Source: Vulcanimicrobiota bacterium
GTDB lineage: Bacteria > Vulcanimicrobiota > Vulcanimicrobiia > Vulcanimicrobiales > Vulcanimicrobiaceae
Reading direction: 5' to 3'
Length of the DNA stretch: 64,000 nt
Assembly: GCA_963777315.1 (NCBI GenBank)
Contig: CAVZQC010000004.1
Span: forward strand, 480,001-544,000
The notes under the pieces were generated by a model. That model was not told where the DNA came from. It ran no database searches and saw only the letters and a program-made list of their open reading frames with translations. Made by a program: the position numbers and the translations under genes. Positions 62,195-64,000 of the stretch are shown here, one piece after another; position 1 is the stretch's first letter; the number at the start of each line of letters is the position of its first letter.

Positions 62195-62593
62195 ATGGTT
62201 TTCGATCATCTTGGAATTTTCGTGCATAGCATTGAGGACGGCCAACGTAAACTCGAGTCGATTTTGCCGATACGCTCGTGGGGCAAAGTGTTTGATGACG
62301 ATATCTTGCATGTGCGCGTATGCTTCGGCCTGGATGAATCGGGACTTCGCTACGAGCTCGTTGCGCCGTTCGGTTCACCCAATCCGGTTTCCGGCGTGCT
62401 TGCCGGGCGCAAAAACATTCTCAATCACGTAGCCTACCGAGTTCCCGACATTGCAGCCGCTTCACGGGCGCTTCGCAGCTCCGGTAGCGTGCCGATTGCT
62501 CCGCCCAAGCCGGCGGTCGCATTCGGCGGCGCGTTGGTAGCGTTTTTCCTGACGGCATTGGGTTTTATCATTGAATTGGTGGAAGAGCGATAG
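62195..62593 (+). CDS. VOC/glyoxalase-family protein (methylmalonyl-CoA epimerase-like)
   Basis: FDHLGI, YELVAP, NHVAYRV, AFGG..VAF..IELVE metal-ligand pattern. Confidence 0.85.
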   Translation: MVFDHLGIFVHSIEDGQRKLESILPIRSWGKVFDDDILHVRVCFGLDESGLRYELVAPFGSPNPVSGVLAGRKNILNHVAYRVPDIAAASRALRSSGSVPIAPPKPAVAFGGALVAFFLTALGFIIELVEER

Positions 62594-63587
62594 GCCTTGC
62601 GCCGCCCGGAATCGTATCTGCACGCCCGAGCGCGTGGATGGCCACAGCGCTCGCCGCGTTTAGCCAAACGCGCGCTCTGTTCGCGGTAACGCCGGCATAG
62701 CTCTCCCAGCGCCGCGCGGTGTCCGAAAAGAACTTGTCACCCGTCATCGAACCGAGCACGTGCAACTGCGCAATGTGAAAAGCGTGATATTTCAGCGTCG
62801 CAAGCTTGCGAAATCCATTGGGCGCGGCCAGTAGGCTGTAGTACGACCAGTGACCCGAATCGTACAGGGGCAGCCGGCGCGTAAGCGTGGCAAGGCTCTC
62901 TTCGTACAATTCCTGAACCCAGGCCAACTTCGTGCGTTGGAGCAATTCAAACAGCCCCCAGAGCGCGTAGATCCAGCCGTTGAGAATATGGCTCGGCGGT
63001 ACGCTGGCTGCCTCTTCGAAATACAAGTCACCGCCGTCGCGCCACGCGACGCCGCCGGCATCTATGTCGTACCTGAACGACGCAGCGGCTCGCGCGGCAG
63101 CCTCAAAGTACCGTGCGTCTTTGCATACTTCGCCCGCGCGAAGCAGCACCGATATGGCCTCGCCCTGCGTCATGGCCGAGATATAGCCGGCCTTGGCGCC
63201 GTACGTCGTCCAATCCAAGGGGAACGGGTAACAGCCGGGCACACCGCTGCGTTCGACTTGATTCTCCGCCAGCCAACGCGCCTGCGCCGTAAACGCCTTC
63301 AGGGCGGCGGGATCGTTGGTTTCGCTCCAGCGTGAGTGCTGCTCGAGCGCGTACTGCGCTATGCGCGTGGCATGGTAGTACCGCTCAGGCACGGCAAGCA
63401 GGACGCCATTGCGGTCGAACGGCGCGCCGTCCCATTCTTCTCCCAATGCGTCGTGGCTGCCGCTCCAACGGATATAGTACGGACCGATCGCGTCGGCATG
63501 GCCGTCATAGAGCCGATATCGCCGGCGCGGCGACCAGTCGACGGGAAAGGCTCGCGCTGCGCGTTTCATCGATGCGGAAATATTCAT
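62568..63587 (-). CDS. D-glucuronyl C5-epimerase C-terminal-like protein
   Basis: IAQYAL, SAMTQGEAISVLLR, YFEE, HILNGWIYALWGL, LPLYDSGHWSYY, YHAFHIAQL. Confidence 0.85.
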   Translation of the reverse strand: MNISASMKRAARAFPVDWSPRRRYRLYDGHADAIGPYYIRWSGSHDALGEEWDGAPFDRNGVLLAVPERYYHATRIAQYALEQHSRWSETNDPAALKAFTAQARWLAENQVERSGVPGCYPFPLDWTTYGAKAGYISAMTQGEAISVLLRAGEVCKDARYFEAAARAAASFRYDIDAGGVAWRDGGDLYFEEAASVPPSHILNGWIYALWGLFELLQRTKLAWVQELYEESLATLTRRLPLYDSGHWSYYSLLAAPNGFRKLATLKYHAFHIAQLHVLGSMTGDKFFSDTARRWESYAGVTANRARVWLNAASAVAIHALGRADTIPGGARPIALPPIQ

Positions 63588-63720
63588 AGATCGCAACGTC
63601 TGATTGTACGCACCCTATAACGGAGGCGTTAGGGCCCGCAGGCCCGCTCTATGTGAGACCATGGGCCGCACAGGAGCATCGGCCTTCACGCCTCGAACAG
63701 CAGCGAGCGGTGAGCCGGCG

Positions 63721-64000
63721 TTGAAAAAATTACTCTTCGTTTCATATTACGTCCCGCCTCGTACCGACGTCGCGGCCAGGCGAAGCGAGCAAATCCTCAA
63801 ATACCTTCCCCGATACGGTTGGGACATCACAACGATAACCGCAGCGTTCGAAGCGGGCGCCGCCCCCAAGTACGACAAGACCATCGTAACGCCGTACGTA
63901 GAGGTGCGCAGTGCGGTCAAAACCCTGGTCGGTCTGCGTAACAGGTCCGCTTATACCAATATAGCCGAACCCATGCCGATCTATGGCCGGCGTCAGTCAC
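63721..64000 (+). CDS. GT4-family glycosyltransferase N-terminus, truncated by the window end
   Basis: Manual translation from TTG: KKLLFVSYYVPP..AARR..KYLPRYGWDITTIT; open to the end of the window. Confidence 0.75.
   Translation, partial: MKKLLFVSYYVPPRTDVAARRSEQILKYLPRYGWDITTITAAFEAGAAPKYDKTIVTPYVEVRSAVKTLVGLRNRSAYTNIAEPMPIYGRRQS

Noticed and set aside
1..64000. CRISPR arrays, tRNA/rRNA/tmRNA/RNase P genes, transposases, prophage
   Set aside because: No regular repeat-spacer pattern, RNA gene signature, or integrase/transposase motif was recognised by eye; the intergenic regions are short.

Overview
GC-rich bacterial chromosome segment. It combines Terrabacteria-type genes (PASTA kinase, RqcH, SpoIID-like, PyrR) with an outer-membrane Mla system, which suggests a diderm Terrabacteria lineage, possibly Vulcanimicrobiota/Eremiobacterota (inference). 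Positions 1-37.6 kb are mostly housekeeping genes in tightly overlapping minus-strand runs: pbpC, panE, rhomboid, mlaEFD, rph, glmS, rpoZ, gmk, rqcH, SOD, queA, ruvCAB, pbpA-pknB, pyrRBC-carA...carB and valS. A MoxR/DUF58/vWA/pdxH block and a HicB-SARP fusion regulator sit between carA and carB. Positions 37.7-64 kb are a surface-polysaccharide locus: Wza, Wzc, Wzx, a priming transferase and several glycosyltransferases. It also has three orphan atypical receiver-domain proteins, two paralogous secreted hydrolase-like lipoproteins, and a tailoring block (FkbH, ACP, hexapeptide acyltransferase, deacetylase, VOC protein, glucuronyl C5-epimerase). Seven genes carry a +1 frameshift and an eighth a probable -1 frameshift, all at or near AGCT. 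The simplest reading is motif-specific base-calling error caused by a DNA modification at AGCT; it also creates two false fusions (vWA-PdxH, PyrB-PyrC). No rRNA, tRNA, CRISPR array or transposase was recognised.
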